Assembly (NCBI RefSeq): GCF_009914755.1
Contig: NC_060927.1
Length of the DNA stretch: 64,000 bases
Strand: one strand, 5' to 3'
DNA from: the human T2T-CHM13v2.0 reference genome, Homo sapiens
The notes beneath the pieces are model-generated. The model was not told where the DNA came from, did no database searches, and worked only from the letters and a program-made list of their open reading frames with translations. This document shows positions 44,351-56,816 of this stretch, in pieces. The number at the start of each line of letters is the position of its first letter. Within the stretch, counting starts at the first letter, position 1. Position numbers and translations under genes: made by a program.

Positions 44351-45250
44351 TTTGAAAAACCTGTGCTAGTATAGCTGTCCTTGCTTCTTAGGAGTGGAAC
44401 TGGCATTCAGCAAATGCAGCACCCTTTGAAACCAACACCCTTGCTCTCCCATTAGAGCTGGCCTCCACCACCTGTGACAGCCTGGTACCTGTGACTGAGG
44501 GCCTGGAAGGGATTCCTCACTTCAAGCAGGAATTCCACAGTGGGAGACAAACTCAGCCTCCCTTTGCCTCTGTCAGGATGCAGGATGATGATTAAAAGGA
44601 GCACTGGACTGAGAGTTTGGAAGCCCAGGTTCTAGCCCCTCTCCAGTCTTGTGTAATGCTCTGGCAGTCATTTCATCTGTAAAGTGAGAAGGTTGGACAG
44701 GACAAACTCAACACTCTCTTCTGGATCCAGCATCTTTGTTTCTGTTATTTAATCTGTATCCAAAGTGTCATAGGTTTTCCTGTAAAACTTCTGTGAATTA
44801 AAAGACAAATCTCTGGATATGGGGGCACCGCAGATTGCTCTGTGAAGTGAACTTTGATTGCTGTATTCTTGGAAACTTGGTGCCATTCCCATGTCCAGAG
44901 GACTATTACCTAGAGGGAAGTACGGAGGATGGGGGAGAGGAGCAGAAAGAGAATGCTGGTCCGTGAAGCTGCTTGGAGGAAGTTGAGTTGCGTGTGTCCC
45001 TGTGGCAGATCAGAACATCCACCTTCAAGGAATGGGAATGTTTAGTGGGTTGGCAGAATCCCAGTGAGCAAAGCTCTCCTTTACTCACTCCTAATGGTGA
45101 CTTCATTCCACCACAAGCCCCAAAGTCCTATTCACTTCTTTTAAGAAATATATATTATTTTGTAATTTTAAAACTTAATGTGGTATATGTATACATATTT
45201 ATGGGGTATAGTTTTTAACAGAAATATACATAATTACAATTTTCAGGTGA

Positions 45251-45552
45251 TTTTTGGGTGTTTTTGTTTTTATTAAGTTCAGGGGTATATGTTCAGGTTA
45301 CTTACACAGGTAAACATGCTTCGTGGGGGTTTCTTGTGCAGTTTATTTCATCACCCAGATATTAAGCCTAGTACCCTTTAGTTATTTTTTCTGATCCTCT
45401 CCTTCCTTGCACCCTCTACCCTCCGATAGGCCCCAGTGTGCGTTATTCCCCTCTATACCTCCGTGAGTTCCCATCATTTAGCTCCCACTTACAAGTGAGA
45501 ACATGAGGTATTTGTTTTTCTGTTCCTGTGTTAGTTTGCTGAAGATAAAGGC
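45251..45552 (-). mobile_element. 5'-truncated older L1PA (about PA13-16) 3' end
   Basis: aagttcaggggtatatg...tttcatcacccagatattaagcctagtacc...tttagctcccacttacaagtgagaacatg...gttagtttgct. Confidence 0.85.
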
Positions 45553-46433
45553 AGTCCTACTTACTTCTTTTTTTTTTTTTTAAATTTAGAGTTTTTATTT
45601 CATCTGGAGCCTGCCTTCTCCAGCAGTAATGGCTCTTCACTTCCTTCTTATGTAAATCCCACTCATCCCACCCATCCTCCTACAAGTTTCACGTCCTCTG
45701 TGCACCTTTCTGGATAAATCCAGCCCTTGCTCATCTCCTCTTGCATTCAAACTTCTCATGCATATTTTATTTCTCAGCTGCCTTTCACTGGTTTCCTGGG
45801 TTGGTTTGGCCCGCAGCTGGTCTGTATCTCCAGAGAATCAGCCCCGAGCTGTATGCTGAGTGGGCCCTCCTGGTATCTCAGAGGGTCTGAGGTGTAAAAA
45901 GGAGATGGGATGGAGTTCAATGTCTCTGACTTTTGGATACTTCTCGCTCTCAACCACAAATGTTTATTGAATTTCTACGATGTCCGGGGCTTGGTGCTGG
46001 GGATTCCGCAGGGAACAAGACCAACATAGCATTGTTACTTGTTTCCCAGGCCTTTTAGTTTTTTCCGGGCCACTGAAACTTCTTCCTAAAGCTGAACAAT
46101 CAGGCCCATATGCATACACACATCTGATTTATTTTCCAGACATGGCAATTGTAGGCTTTCCAATTTTAGCTATGATTTTAAAGGTAGGGAGCTAACCTTG
46201 ATGAAATAAGAAATATTTTTAAAAAGTCTTAGAAACGGAAGGGGCCAAAGACACATTAACTACTAGTATTTTTAGGGATCCTGGTTCCTTCTTTTATAAT
46301 TCTATGTTGTTTATCCCTGAGCTGAGCTGCATGGGTACACTGGTCCACTTGATGGTTTGTTCCCTGATAAGACACTGAGATATAAAAGGTTGCTGAAACC
46401 CAGGAGGAAAAAAAAAGTCATGATAGAATTTAG

Positions 46434-46446
46434 CCACTAGATGGCA
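46434..46446 (+). promoter_or_regulatory. CTCF core motif
   Basis: CCACTAGATGGCA matches the CTCF consensus CC(A/T/G)(C/G)YAGRKGGCR, in unique sequence. Confidence 0.6.
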
Positions 46447-47542
46447 ATCCCAGGCTGTAAATGTTCCCTAAAGTTTGACAATAGCCAACTTCAAAGGCCT
46501 GCGCTAAAATTCAGCCACAGCGCATTTTTAATCCTGCGCTTCCAAGTACATTTCCATTTGTTGCAGAAATATTTCAGCTCATTTGGAAATGTTCATGAAC
46601 ACACTAAGTCCTTTGCATTCTTAACTACTTTTTAAATTCAACCAAGTAGAGTTAATCAACTAATAAAGAGGAATTGTAATTATGGCTAATATTCAAATGT
46701 AATTTTGAAATGCACCTTTGTTATTTATTTTTAAACAAACTTTGATTCTGTTTTATAACAATGATATGGATACAGTATTACGGTGATATGGAAGGTAAGT
46801 GTATCTCAAGAAAATTCCATTTTCTTTCTCTGGGAGTAAGTCCCACATGTGAGGTGAAGATGGGCTCCTGGGTTTACATCTAGCCCCTGTGGCTCTCCCC
46901 AGAGCTGATCCAGAAGAGAGAGCTGACCAAGAAGAGAGAGAGACACAAGGTCAACACAGAGTCATTCCAGGTCTTATTCTTTAGAGAATAAGAAACTTAG
47001 ATCAAGGAGACAGAGAGACAGGGAGTTGACTTTTTGGAATGGAAAGCTCCACTGGATTATTCTTTATTGGTGGTTGATAACTCCTCCTGATTTAATTAGT
47101 ACTGATACACAATCCCTCCATTTCCTCTGATTGAATCATTAAAATCAAGTCCTATCCCTGGACACCATCAGGAAATATACTACACCGGAATGGATTTCTA
47201 TTTATTTTTGGCATATAAGAAGATAATATGACCCAAGAATCAAGCCCTAAATTGATTTACAATAAATTCCTAGTCCTTCTGCATGCTAGCTGTACCTTGG
47301 TCCCTATTTGTCAATAGTGTGAGGAGTGTTAGATCCTGGAAGGATGATTTTTCTGAGCTAACCCTTAGGTAACCAGACTTTTCAGCACTGTCTTTCATGA
47401 AAATGTTGCCAACAAGAACAATGAACATAAATTGTAACTTCCCACGGCTGAACAATCATTCTCTTAAACCACTGTTTCGGTCAATAAAAATAAATTAAAA
47501 TGCTTTGATATCATAAATAAAAAGAATTCTTGGCTAAAAGAG

Positions 47543-47841
47543 ATGATTCTCAATTGGGGGTGATTTTGCCCTTCCACTCCCTGGGGACATTTGAGAGTAT
47601 CTGTTGACAATTTTTTTTTTTCTGGTTGTCACCACGAGGGGTGGGGGTGCTCCTGGCATCTACTCAGTTTATAGTTATAGATTTCTTTCTTCTCTAGTCC
47701 TTTTATGCCATTTGAGAGCCTTCTAGAACGTTTTAAAGTCCAGAGATGCTGCTAAGCCTCAATACAACGTCCAGGACTGCCCCCTGGAACCAAGAATTAA
47801 CTGGCCTGAAACGTCAACAGTGCTGAGGCTGAGAAACCTTG
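47543..47841. mobile_element. MER20 with an about 77-bp foreign insert
   Basis: ttctcaattgggggtgattttgccc...ctggcatcta[insert]ccagagatgctgctaa...gtcaacagtgctgaggctgagaaacc. Confidence 0.8.
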
Positions 47842-48459
47842 GCCAAATCTTTCACCTTCATCCAGTAGTAGGGAAATTTTAGGTAGTTCTGAGTTGCACA
47901 GGTCTTTGAAGGAATGATGGGGTTGTTTGTATCTGACTGCTTTGGTAGAATACAATGTTTGGGCCCTAAATCTCTGTCCTTCTGAATCTCTTCTCCTCAT
48001 TCCCATCCCAGTGTATTTGCAAACCCTTCCCAGTTCCAGCTGTTGGTGAGTTGCATCAGACCATCCCTATGTTTCAGAAAAAAAGATGCCAAAAATGCAA
48101 ATGAATTGTTCTCTGTTAAGTATACAGCTTTACAAAGAACCATTTAAACTAGGGCTGGTAATATATTTTTTTAAAAAAAACCTATTCCAAAATGTCTCCA
48201 GTCTCTTAAAGAATCACTGGAAAAAAAAAAATCTCTGGTTAAGAGATTAAGTTGGCCATCTTTTTTCAGATGAACTTGCTTCCTGTTTTACTGAGAATCT
48301 GGAAATTCCCAAACACAGATTTGCTTATCTTCTTTGCTTGTACTTTCAAGTTTCTTCTCCTTCCATAGGGCAAGCTACCTGATGGTACTAAGTCTTGGTT
48401 TTCTCTATTTGTAAAGTGGGAATGATAATATCTACTTCACAGAATTGTTCTGAGGTGGG

Positions 48460-48760
48460 GTGTGTAGATCAGGGTTATCCTTTCTCTATGGCCCCACCTC
48501 CATGCCCTGGCTTGGACCTCCAGGAGCCATGTCTGTGGTACATGATCTTGCCCTCCTGGCCACAGCTGCTTGATCCAGGTATGAGCACCTGACCCAGGAC
48601 GAGCCAATCATTGCCTCATTCCGAAATTTGAAACTTACAATGGAGAGTCTTATTTTGTCTGGTGATGAGCAGAGAGGGTGTGTGGGATCCATGGGAGACA
48701 GAGTGGTCCCTTCTTCTTGGGTTGACTACAGCTTGTTGGAGGTGTAGGTAAGGCACTTAG
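48460..48760 (+). mobile_element. MLT1K/L-like LTR fragment, followed by a short L1P tail (48789-48860)
   Basis: ctcctggccacagctgcttgatccaggtatgagcacctgacccagg; ccccatgacaagtttacctatgtaacaaaactgcacatgtac...aaataaaagtt. Confidence 0.6.
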
Positions 48761-49053
48761 GGTCTTTGCTCCTTTGTTAGTCTGAGGCCCCATGACAAGT
48801 TTACCTATGTAACAAAACTGCACATGTACACCTGAATTTTAAATAAAAGTTAATAAATTTTTTTAAAGACTACACACATTAAAAAAAAAACTAGTCAATT
48901 CCCACACCAAGAGAAAACATGGTTTTATAGCAGAAACAAAGACATAGATTATCCAAGTATAATGGCTGCAAGCTTAGATGCATAAACATTGTAAAATTCA
49001 ATGTCAAAATGTATGACTAACAATGTCATTTCAATTTTGTCATAAAAGTTTTT

Positions 49054-49091
49054 CACACACACACACACACACGCACACACACGCACACACA
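49054..49091. repeat. (CA)n with CG interruptions
   Basis: Direct reading. Confidence 0.9.
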
Positions 49092-50238
49092 TGCTCACAT
49101 GAATGGAGAGGCACAGAAACAGGACACCACTGGAGCCGGGTCACACTGGTTCAGGAGCTCTCTGTCCCCAGTGTTTATCTTATCCCTGCTAAATGTACTT
49201 GTTTCTTTAAGCTCTCTTCCTCTTAGTTTCGTCTGCAAAGCTCTTTTATACCTTGACTCAGCCTATATTTATAGATTTCTTTCTTTTCTCTTCCTCCTTT
49301 TATACCTCCTTTTTAGAACCTACGTTCCCTACACAGTACAGCACTTCTGAGACTATAGGTGTTGGCGGATACTACTTCGTTTTGCTAGAATGCCCTTGCC
49401 ACCCTTTCTGTACTTGCAAATGCTTTCTAGCCAAATTCAAGGGCCATTTTCAAGAGCCATCTTCTCCAGGACCATTCTTTGGTTTTCTCAACAGAAGCAA
49501 TCTGCAGTTTTCCCCAGAATGGAATCTTTACTTTTTTATATTCACTACTAAATGTACATGATTTATTTCCCTGTAAGTATGCTGCATCCTGAAAACAGGG
49601 TCTTTGCTCTTTATTTTTTAATCATTCGCATCTATAGTGTTTTACACCTTGTAGATAATTGAAATTTATCAAATAAACAATTTATTCATTTTATTTATTT
49701 GTGTCCTGGGAACCTTGTCAATAATTGTCATCTCATCTTTTTCAAGGATGTAATAAAATGCTAATGTCTATCCAAATAAAATTCAGAGAAAAGTGAGAGC
49801 CTCTGTTAAATGTTCTCTTCCCCTGAAGCTTTCATTGGTATCCCCATTAAGAATTAACACGTTCACTTGACATTTCATTCCGGTCATTGAGAAGACAAAG
49901 CCAGCTAAGGGGGAAAATGTTTTCTTTCTTTTGTCTTGAGTGTTCACATTCAACAACATTACTAATTCCATCTTTCTCATTCACGTCACTTTGCAAGCTG
50001 GCATGGATTTACTAAACAGAAAAGAAACCATGGAATGCTCTAGGAAAAACACCCAAAAGGATGAGTGTAAACCAGGGAAATACACAGACTATAGTGAAAT
50101 TATTCAGTAAACAGAGATTGGGTACTGTGACTCTTCAAGCACAAATCTTGTACCCCTGGAGATGATTTGACATGGCACAAAGACGGGACATCAAATGGCA
50201 CTGTGAGGCAGTTGTTCTCTTCTGTTTCTCCTGATTAC

Positions 50239-50338
50239 CCTAGGAAGAAGTTCTCAGTGTGAAGGAAGAATGTCTTAAATTTGCCAAGCCTTTTTTGTTC
50301 TACAAAGAAGGCAATTTTGTTGACGTTTGGAGCTCCTT
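50239..50338 (-). other. Candidate alternative (poison or terminal) CADPS exon
   Basis: Acceptor ttgattctgttccctgcAG (50340-50339). In the phase-2 CADPS frame it reads (T)RSSKRQQNCLLCRTKKAWQI* with TAA at 50277-50275. Possible donor AGG|GTAATC at 50238-50237; minus-strand AATAAA motifs near 49681-49695. Confidence 0.5.
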
Positions 50339-50795
50339 CTGCAGGGAACAGAATCAATCTAGAATTTACTAACATTGTTTTTACTGAAGTTATTTTTATG
50401 GCTACTTTATATTTACAATCAGACAGAACAAGATGCCTTTTAAAATCTAAGTTAAAAAGTGAAAATAGATTTAAAGAAAAATATAAAACAAATAATAGTA
50501 TCAATGATATGCTGATATGTTGTGAGGGGTAGACAGAAATGACTGAAGTTTTAGAAAAATGTAGCTAGTACCTTACCTTGTATATTTAATTGCAGTGAAT
50601 GTTAAAGATATGTGTCAGATTTGAAAAAGGGAGGGTGTCTTACAAGTAGATATATGTCCTAATTCTTTTCAAAGCCATATTTGGAATAGATTTTCCTATG
50701 AAACCTCATCATTAATATGTGTATATGAGGATTTATTCTTAATCTTAAGTTCTTAACTCCTCTGAATCATTTCCATGTTACATTTTACTTTCCAG

Positions 50796-50797
<2 letters not shown>

Positions 50798-50827
<30 letters not shown>
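50798..50827. repeat. (TG)n microsatellite
   Basis: Direct reading. Confidence 0.95.
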
Positions 50828-50829
<2 letters not shown>

Positions 50830-52303
50830 CCTGAGTTAACAGAAGAGCAAACATTAATTGTCATATTCTGATTCTGAGAAATTATGCAAACCTCCACCTA
50901 ATCCAATTATTCAGTATAATTAAAGCAGTTAGTTTTAAATTATAACTGAGCTCAATTTTAAAGGAAAAAATAAATCTCTCTTTTTAATTTTCTAGTGCTT
51001 TAGTTTTACCCAGCTTTGCAAATTGTACTTATGGCCTGTCTATAAAAATAAACATAATGTAAATTATGATTTAAATCCCCATGGGCAAGCTGTTCTGCCT
51101 TCTTTGTTAGAAAGCAAATAAGACCTACTTTATGGCCTGTTTACTAAAACGGAAATTTCAAATGCAGGGATTTAAGAGACATCAACTATATTGGTGTTGT
51201 AAGTATAGAAATAACTACACAGACTAATTCTTTCAGGATAATCTGAGAATCTTTAAAACAGACCACTATTTGATGCTTTTCTTTTAAATTATATGGTAAT
51301 ACAGAATTAAAAAAAATGTATATATCCACATTACTTATGCTCACCTCCTAAGCTGTTAAGAATCTATATATTCAGAAGACCCTAACCTGTGAAGTTCTGG
51401 TAATTTATTTAGTTTTGATCATCATGCTCGCTCGAGTCTGCCTTTGTTCCCCTCCCTCCCTCATCTGGATTGTGTCATTACTGATGCTTCCAAAACCAAT
51501 GGGAAGAAACAGGATTCCCCTTTCCTCAAAAAGCCATTATATTTGAGGTCTCAAATATATTCAACCTCAAACTGTCATGTGAAATTCTAATCGAGGATCC
51601 TCATGGTAAGCAATGTGTTCATAAATCAGTCAATCCATCCCTTCCCCTAAGGAAATTTTAGCAGGTGAAATTTTCATAGTAGTCATATCTAAACACCTAG
51701 CTCTTTTCTATTGTGGGTGAAGTAGAGTGTTCCTCCTCTGTTCAGATTCACAGTTTAGGAAGAAACAAAGTAGGAAGGCGTTCTGCTGTGTGACTTGCTC
51801 CCGTAAGCATATCCAGATTGGAGAGAAACACTCCCTGACACGTGCAGAGGAGTAAGGCATTATACCAGTTTGTATTACTGCAACAGTGAACACTTCCTTA
51901 GCTGCAGTCACTGGCTGGGGGCCTTGACACAGATATGGGAGAATGCAGATGAGATGAAATTCTTTGTACATGTTAGCCATCATGCAATCATTTTCTTCTG
52001 GGCTCAGAAAAAAAGCTTATAAAAGTACAAGAGAATTACAGAGATCTTAATATAGAGATAACTGAATTTTCTATATTTAATGAATTTTTTTGAATGTCAG
52101 CAAAATCTAGTAATATGCTTTGTACTGATAGTGACTTCCCAGGTGGGGTGACAAATTAATAACCTGCTCTTTTGCAACTGTCTGGTTGCTCAACCTCCAA
52201 ACCTAGATGCTATCCTTGATTCCTGTTTTGCCCCTACTGCTTCTACTCCTTTACACACACACACACACACTCTCTCTCTCTCCATTCAACCATGAGCCTT
52301 TTT

Positions 52304-52598
<295 letters not shown>

Positions 52599-52777
52599 AA
52601 CCATGAGCCTTTTTGTATCATTCTGTAAAACATCTATTTTTCTTCACTGTCAATCCAGCCTAAGCCACCATTGTCTCTTGCTTGGAGGACTGCAATAGGC
52701 CCCCCACTTCTCTCCTTATGTCTACTCTCTTAAGAAAAGAACATATGTAACATGGATAAAATTTTCTCTCCTGATGA

Positions 52778-53150
52778 TTTTTTTAAATAAAAGCTTTAGT
52801 GAGAGATCATTTACATATCATAAAATTCATGTTTTAAGTGTATAATTCAATGACTGTTTTTGTAAATTTATAGCATTGTGCCACTATTGCTGTACTCCAA
52901 TTTTAGAATATAACCAACAACCCCAAAAAGATCCTTTGTGTCTGTTTGTAGTCAACCACACTCCCACCCACAATCCTAGGCAACCACTAATCTACTTTCT
53001 GCCTCCATAGATTTGCATTTTCCTTATAAATGGAATCAGATAATATGTGGTCTTTTGCCTCTGGCTTTTACTCTGCATAATTTTTTGGAGGCTTATCAAT
53101 GTTGGAGCATGTATGAGGACTTCAATCCTTTTTATTGCTAAACAGTACAC
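52778..53150 (-). mobile_element. L1MB/MC 3' end
   Basis: agctttagtgagagatcatttacatatcataaaattca...ctaggcaaccactaatctactttctgcctccatagatttgc. Confidence 0.78.
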
Positions 53151-53279
53151 CCATAGATGTAATTTCTAAATGATAGTTAAAAATCTGGGACGCCATCACT
53201 CAACTTTGAACTAGAATATTACAAAGCTATTAAGTACCCTGCATTTCCCTGCAATCCAGTTCCCACAAAGTAACCACCA

Positions 53280-53870
53280 CCATGGCCATTCTTTGTATAA
53301 GACTCTCTGAGGGCTTCCTGTTACAGTTAAAACGGAAATCAAAGACCTTTCGTGTCCTACAAGGCCTCCATGATGTGGTCCTTGCCTATGTCTCTTTTTA
53401 CTTTACCTCTTGCTCACAGACTCTGGTACAGTTTTTTTTTTGTTTGTTTGTTTGTTTTTTTCCTGTCCCTTGAATATTACAAGCTTTTTCCCATCTTGGG
53501 GACTTTAAACTTGCTTTTTTTCTTCCTTGACTGTTCTTCCACTTGATCTTCAGGTGAGTGGATCTTTGACATTGAAGTGTCAACTCAAATAGCTCCTCTA
53601 TAAGGAGGTAATTTGAAGCTAATCTCAAGGGAGTTTTTCCCATCACACCAGTGATTTCCCATCACACTACTCTGTTTAATTTTTTTCATAGAATTCATTG
53701 GTGTCTTAAATTATTTCATTTGTTTACATACTTTTTTTTGGTCTCCACCCACTAGAATATAGGGTTGCTGAGGGTGGAGACTGTGTCTGTCTTGCTAATT
53801 GGTGTATCCCTTGTGTCTAAAGCAGTGTCTAATACATATTTTTTTGTAAGCATGTATTGAATGAATAAGG
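53280..53870 (+). mobile_element. L2 3' end
   Basis: cctacaaggcctccatgatgtgg...ctagaatatagggttgctgagggtggagactgtgtctgtcttg...tattgaatgaata. Confidence 0.72.
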
Positions 53871-54014
53871 AAACAGGTAACAGGCTAAATCAGAATGCAA
53901 AGTGAATCTGGAGAGTTAAAACACATAAACAGCAAACCCACATCAAACTACAGTCTTTAATTTGGTTGAATTGATAATATATTTGAATCCGAATCTGTAT
54001 TTTGCCCCAGCCTC

Positions 54015-54322
54015 TTTTATTTTATTTTCTTGGAAATAGAGTCTCACACTATCACCCAAGCTGGAGTGCAGTGGTGAGATCTCTGTTCACTGCAACTCCC
54101 ACCTCTCAGCTTCAAGCCATTCTTGCATTCTTGTGCCTTAGCCTCCTGAGTAGCTGGGATTGCAGGCATGCACCACCACACCCAGCTTTTTTTTTAATTT
54201 TTAAATTTTTGGTAGAGATGGGGTTTCACCATGTTGGCCAGGCTGGTCTTTGAACTGGCTTCAAGCGACCCACACACCTGGACCTCCCAAAGTGCTGGGA
54301 TTACAGCCGTGAGCCACCATGC
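54015..54322 (-). mobile_element. AluJ
   Basis: Antisense dimer, diverged. Confidence 0.88.
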
Positions 54323-55632
54323 AGTTTCTTTTTAAAGTAAGTATTCCTATGAAGAAAATATAATCACTTGTCCCTTGATTGGTTTAACTTCATACAGAGA
54401 GAGTATGTACCTGTGATTTGTACTTTGGGCATAAAAAAATCAGTGCAAATAACATGTTATAATGCTGACTTGGAGTTTTGTGTGATTTACTCCCACTTTT
54501 TAACAAGGTGCTTGATGTAAATTTTAAGAGACTTGTGGTTTCAGTCACCCTGACAACCAAGGTTTAGAATTAAGTCCTATTAACTGCCTTTCTATTTTGA
54601 GTGTCCTCAAGGTTACGTAGGTTTCTCATCTTATTTCCCAAGTGCCTAAATTTTCCATTTTAAATATGGGTCAAATATTTTTTTTTTAGTTTATTTTTAA
54701 AAAGAGACAATAAAAGCTGAAATGAAAAGAGACTTCTTTCCTCAAATTATAAATGCATACTTTAAAAACTTTATCTGTATAATACACACACACACACACA
54801 CACACACAAATATACACACACACTTATTTTTTCTATATGTAATACTTTTTCCTAGAGCCTGGAAAATTTTAGGTGGTAGGTAATGAAGTTGGTAGTTAAT
54901 CTGAGTTTACTGTAATTAAAACTAATTGTATTAACCTTGGTTTTAATACTTGCTTGGCAGACCCATTGTCACTTAAACTTAACATGTACAATATGGCTTT
55001 GGTGCCCTGATCACGGATGGATTTTTAAAAATTAGGAAGAAAGTAACAAAACACTCTATTTACAAAAGGACTTATACTGTTACTAGTTCCTGTGAAAGAC
55101 CTGGAAAATTCCCACAATGATTGTGTTTGTTTCATGTGCATTTCTCTGAATATTTTAATCCATGGCTTTGTTTTCTCCTGATGCTTCCACGCAAGATCCT
55201 GCACAAATATAACTAAGACATTAATTGCCCTCAGTTCCATGTACAAACACCACAGTGGAATCTGCTTGCTTAGTTACATGAAGTATCACTCTGCTGTTTA
55301 TACAATAACTCTAATTGTGCAGCTTTTTATATATCCAGACAAATGGAGCAAATTGAGATTGCTCAGTGAGACCAGGCAGTGACCTTCATTTGAGCACAAT
55401 GATTTGCTTGCTGTTTGTATACAAACAGCTGAACCATATCTTAATTCCAGGCTCATATTTAAAAGCTGCAATGAATTCTCTGAGGCTGCAAGAGAGAGAC
55501 AGCTTCCTAATGGTAGAAGCCGAAGAGATAGAGGTCTCCCAAAAACAAATATAGCAAGTGACCTTCAGCCATTCACTTTCTCTCGGTATATAGGATGATG
55601 GAGGTTGAGCAGATGTGATGTATTCACTAAAA

Positions 55633-55720
55633 CAAGGTGACCAACTGTCTGTTTGCCCCAGGATGGGGCAATGCCAATAATGAAAAGTCCTGGGTAAACT
55701 AGAATGATTTGGTCACCCTA
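55633..55720. mobile_element. MER81-like hAT-Blackjack MITE (hairpin-forming)
   Basis: TIRs ggtgaccaa ... ttggtcacc; 8-bp TSD-like TTCACTAA / TTCACCAA. Confidence 0.72.
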
Positions 55721-56803
55721 TTCACCAACATACAGGACATAACTAGCTGTGAACTAATAACACCATTTCCTAGGAATTGATGCAAAAGGAACAATCATAT
55801 ATGAGTATACAGATTTTCATACGAGGTTATCTATCATATGCATATATCTCTGGATGGGTGTGGACACACCCACAGATACAGAAAAACTGGAAAACAACGC
55901 CAAAACATATACAGTGATTATTGCTGGATATAGGGATCATGAGTAATATTTAATTTTTCCTTATACTTTCCCTCAATTTTCTACAACAAGGATTATAACT
56001 TTTTGGTCAGAAAAACATAAAATATTATTTTAAAAATGTAGCCAATAATAAGACCAACCACACTGCCTTATACAAAATAGTTACCAAATAAATATTATTT
56101 GAAGTGTATGCACAAAGTATGCATTTTTCCTCCAGACTTTTTAGCGGTTTTATCTGTTGGGAAGGGTCCTGGGTCCAAGATTCCACCGTAGAGTTGGAGT
56201 CAAGCCTGATTTATTTACATGTAATTAAACATTATCCTCATGAAAGACTTCAAGTACCCAACACTGACATTATCTACAGAGAACAGCTCACTTGCTCAGT
56301 GGGACTGGACTCACTGTAGGTTATTTCTCAAAATAGTTTCCCGTTAATAATACCTCCCTACCTAGCAGCAAGCACGACCACAAGCACAGTGCAATCTGAC
56401 TTATAAACCAAGCAGGAAATGAAATCTAGAAGGGGAAGGGAATGCGTTTATTTTTTTTGGTTAGGTGTCAATGTCACCCTAATGTCAGCATGTAACATTC
56501 TGTAAAAGACACGTCTCTGCTAAAGTGGAAAAAGAACAAATTTGGTACAGCTGTAGAATAATCCTTATGGGAATAAAACGGCCAGCTTGAGAACTCACTG
56601 CCCCAGTTCACATCTGTACATCCACTACCCACATGGTTGTGAGAGATGCCAGGTGACTTTAACTCACTCAAGGTCATTCACCGAGACGCTAGCACTACAA
56701 CTTACAAATTGACAAGCAGTGTGTGCAGAGCAGCATCTGGTGGTAATAAACAATTGCAAACTCCGGAGAGAAGAGCCAAGTGTTGTCTGCTGCTAGAATG
56801 CAA

Positions 56804-56816
56804 CCTCCAGAGGGCA
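56804..56816 (+). promoter_or_regulatory. CTCF core motif
   Basis: CCTCCAGAGGGCA matches the CTCF consensus, in unique sequence. Confidence 0.5.

Noticed and set aside
53520-53560. + strand CAG|GTGAGT recursive-splice-like motif (also TAG|GTATGG at 59374)
   Set aside because: Antisense to the host gene; the first lies inside an L2.
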